DNA from: the human T2T-CHM13v2.0 reference genome, Homo sapiens
Reading direction: 5' to 3' (one strand)
NCBI RefSeq assembly: GCF_009914755.1
Contig: NC_060937.1
Length of the DNA: 64,000 nucleotides
The notes beneath the pieces are model-generated. The model searched no databases. It saw only the letters and a program-made list of their open reading frames with translations, and had not been told where the DNA came from. Numbering within the stretch: position 1 is the stretch's first letter; every line of letters starts with the position of its first letter. The position numbers were made by a program, and so were the translations under genes. This document shows positions 63,513 through 64,000 of this stretch, piece by piece.

Positions 63513-64000
63513 TTTTTATTTTAAGTTTTGGGATACATGTGCAGAATGTGCGGTTTGTTACATAGGTATACATGTGCCATGGTGGTTTGTTGCACCTACT
63601 GACCCATCCTCGAAGTTCCCTCCCCTTGCCCCCCACCCCCGAAAAGGCCCTGGTGTGTGATGTTCCCCTCCCTGTGTCCATGTGTTCTCATTGTTCAACT
63701 CCCACTTATGAGTGAGAAGATGCAGTGTTTGGTTTTCTGTTCCTGTGTTAGTTTGCTGAGGATGATGGCTTCCAGCTTCATCCATGTCCCTGCAAAGGAC
63801 ATGATCTCATTCCTTTTTATGGCTGCATAGTATTCCATGGGGTATACGTATCACATTTTCTTATCCAGTCTATCATTAATGGGCATTTGGGTTGGTTCCA
63901 TGACTTTGCTATTGTAAATAGTAATGCATATGTGTGCATGTGTCTTCATAGCAGAATGATTTATATTCCTATGTATTCCTTTGGGTATATACCTAGTAAT
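63513..64000 (-). mobile_element. L1PA (L1PA8-like) 3' end, running off the window
   Basis: ttttaagttttgggatacatgtgcagaatgtgc...tcccacttatgagtgagaagatgcag antisense L1 3' UTR. Confidence 0.9.

Overview
AT-rich primate (human-like) genomic DNA containing most of NDFIP2 (Nedd4 family-interacting protein 2) on the + strand. Six GT-AG coding exons (8434-8599, 20949-21082, 27306-27399, 31182-31306, 35953-36019, 38642-38747) splice in frame into 229 codons plus stop, with two PPxY motifs, one LPxY motif and three hydrophobic segments. A wholly non-coding last exon (from 40141 to about 43700) carries the 3' UTR. The first exon and promoter are not in the window. The rest is intronic or intergenic DNA rich in old repeats: 15 Alu-type elements, five Tigger-family DNA transposons (two near full length), MaLR/ERVL LTRs, a degenerate full-length L1 and younger L1PA 3' ends. 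Nearly all supplied ORFs are repeat-derived or spurious. I found no well-supported new biological system. The best leads are (1) a 300-nt, phase-0/phase-0, stop-free exon 2+3 block carrying all PY motifs, which could be skipped or circularised; (2) a mosaic of locally templated duplications just upstream of exon 2, including an orphan Tigger7 end; (3) an in-frame cryptic donor that would swap the C-terminus; and (4) a perfect 20-bp GC-rich hairpin downstream of the gene. Exon numbering and repeat subfamily calls are from memory, not from a database run.
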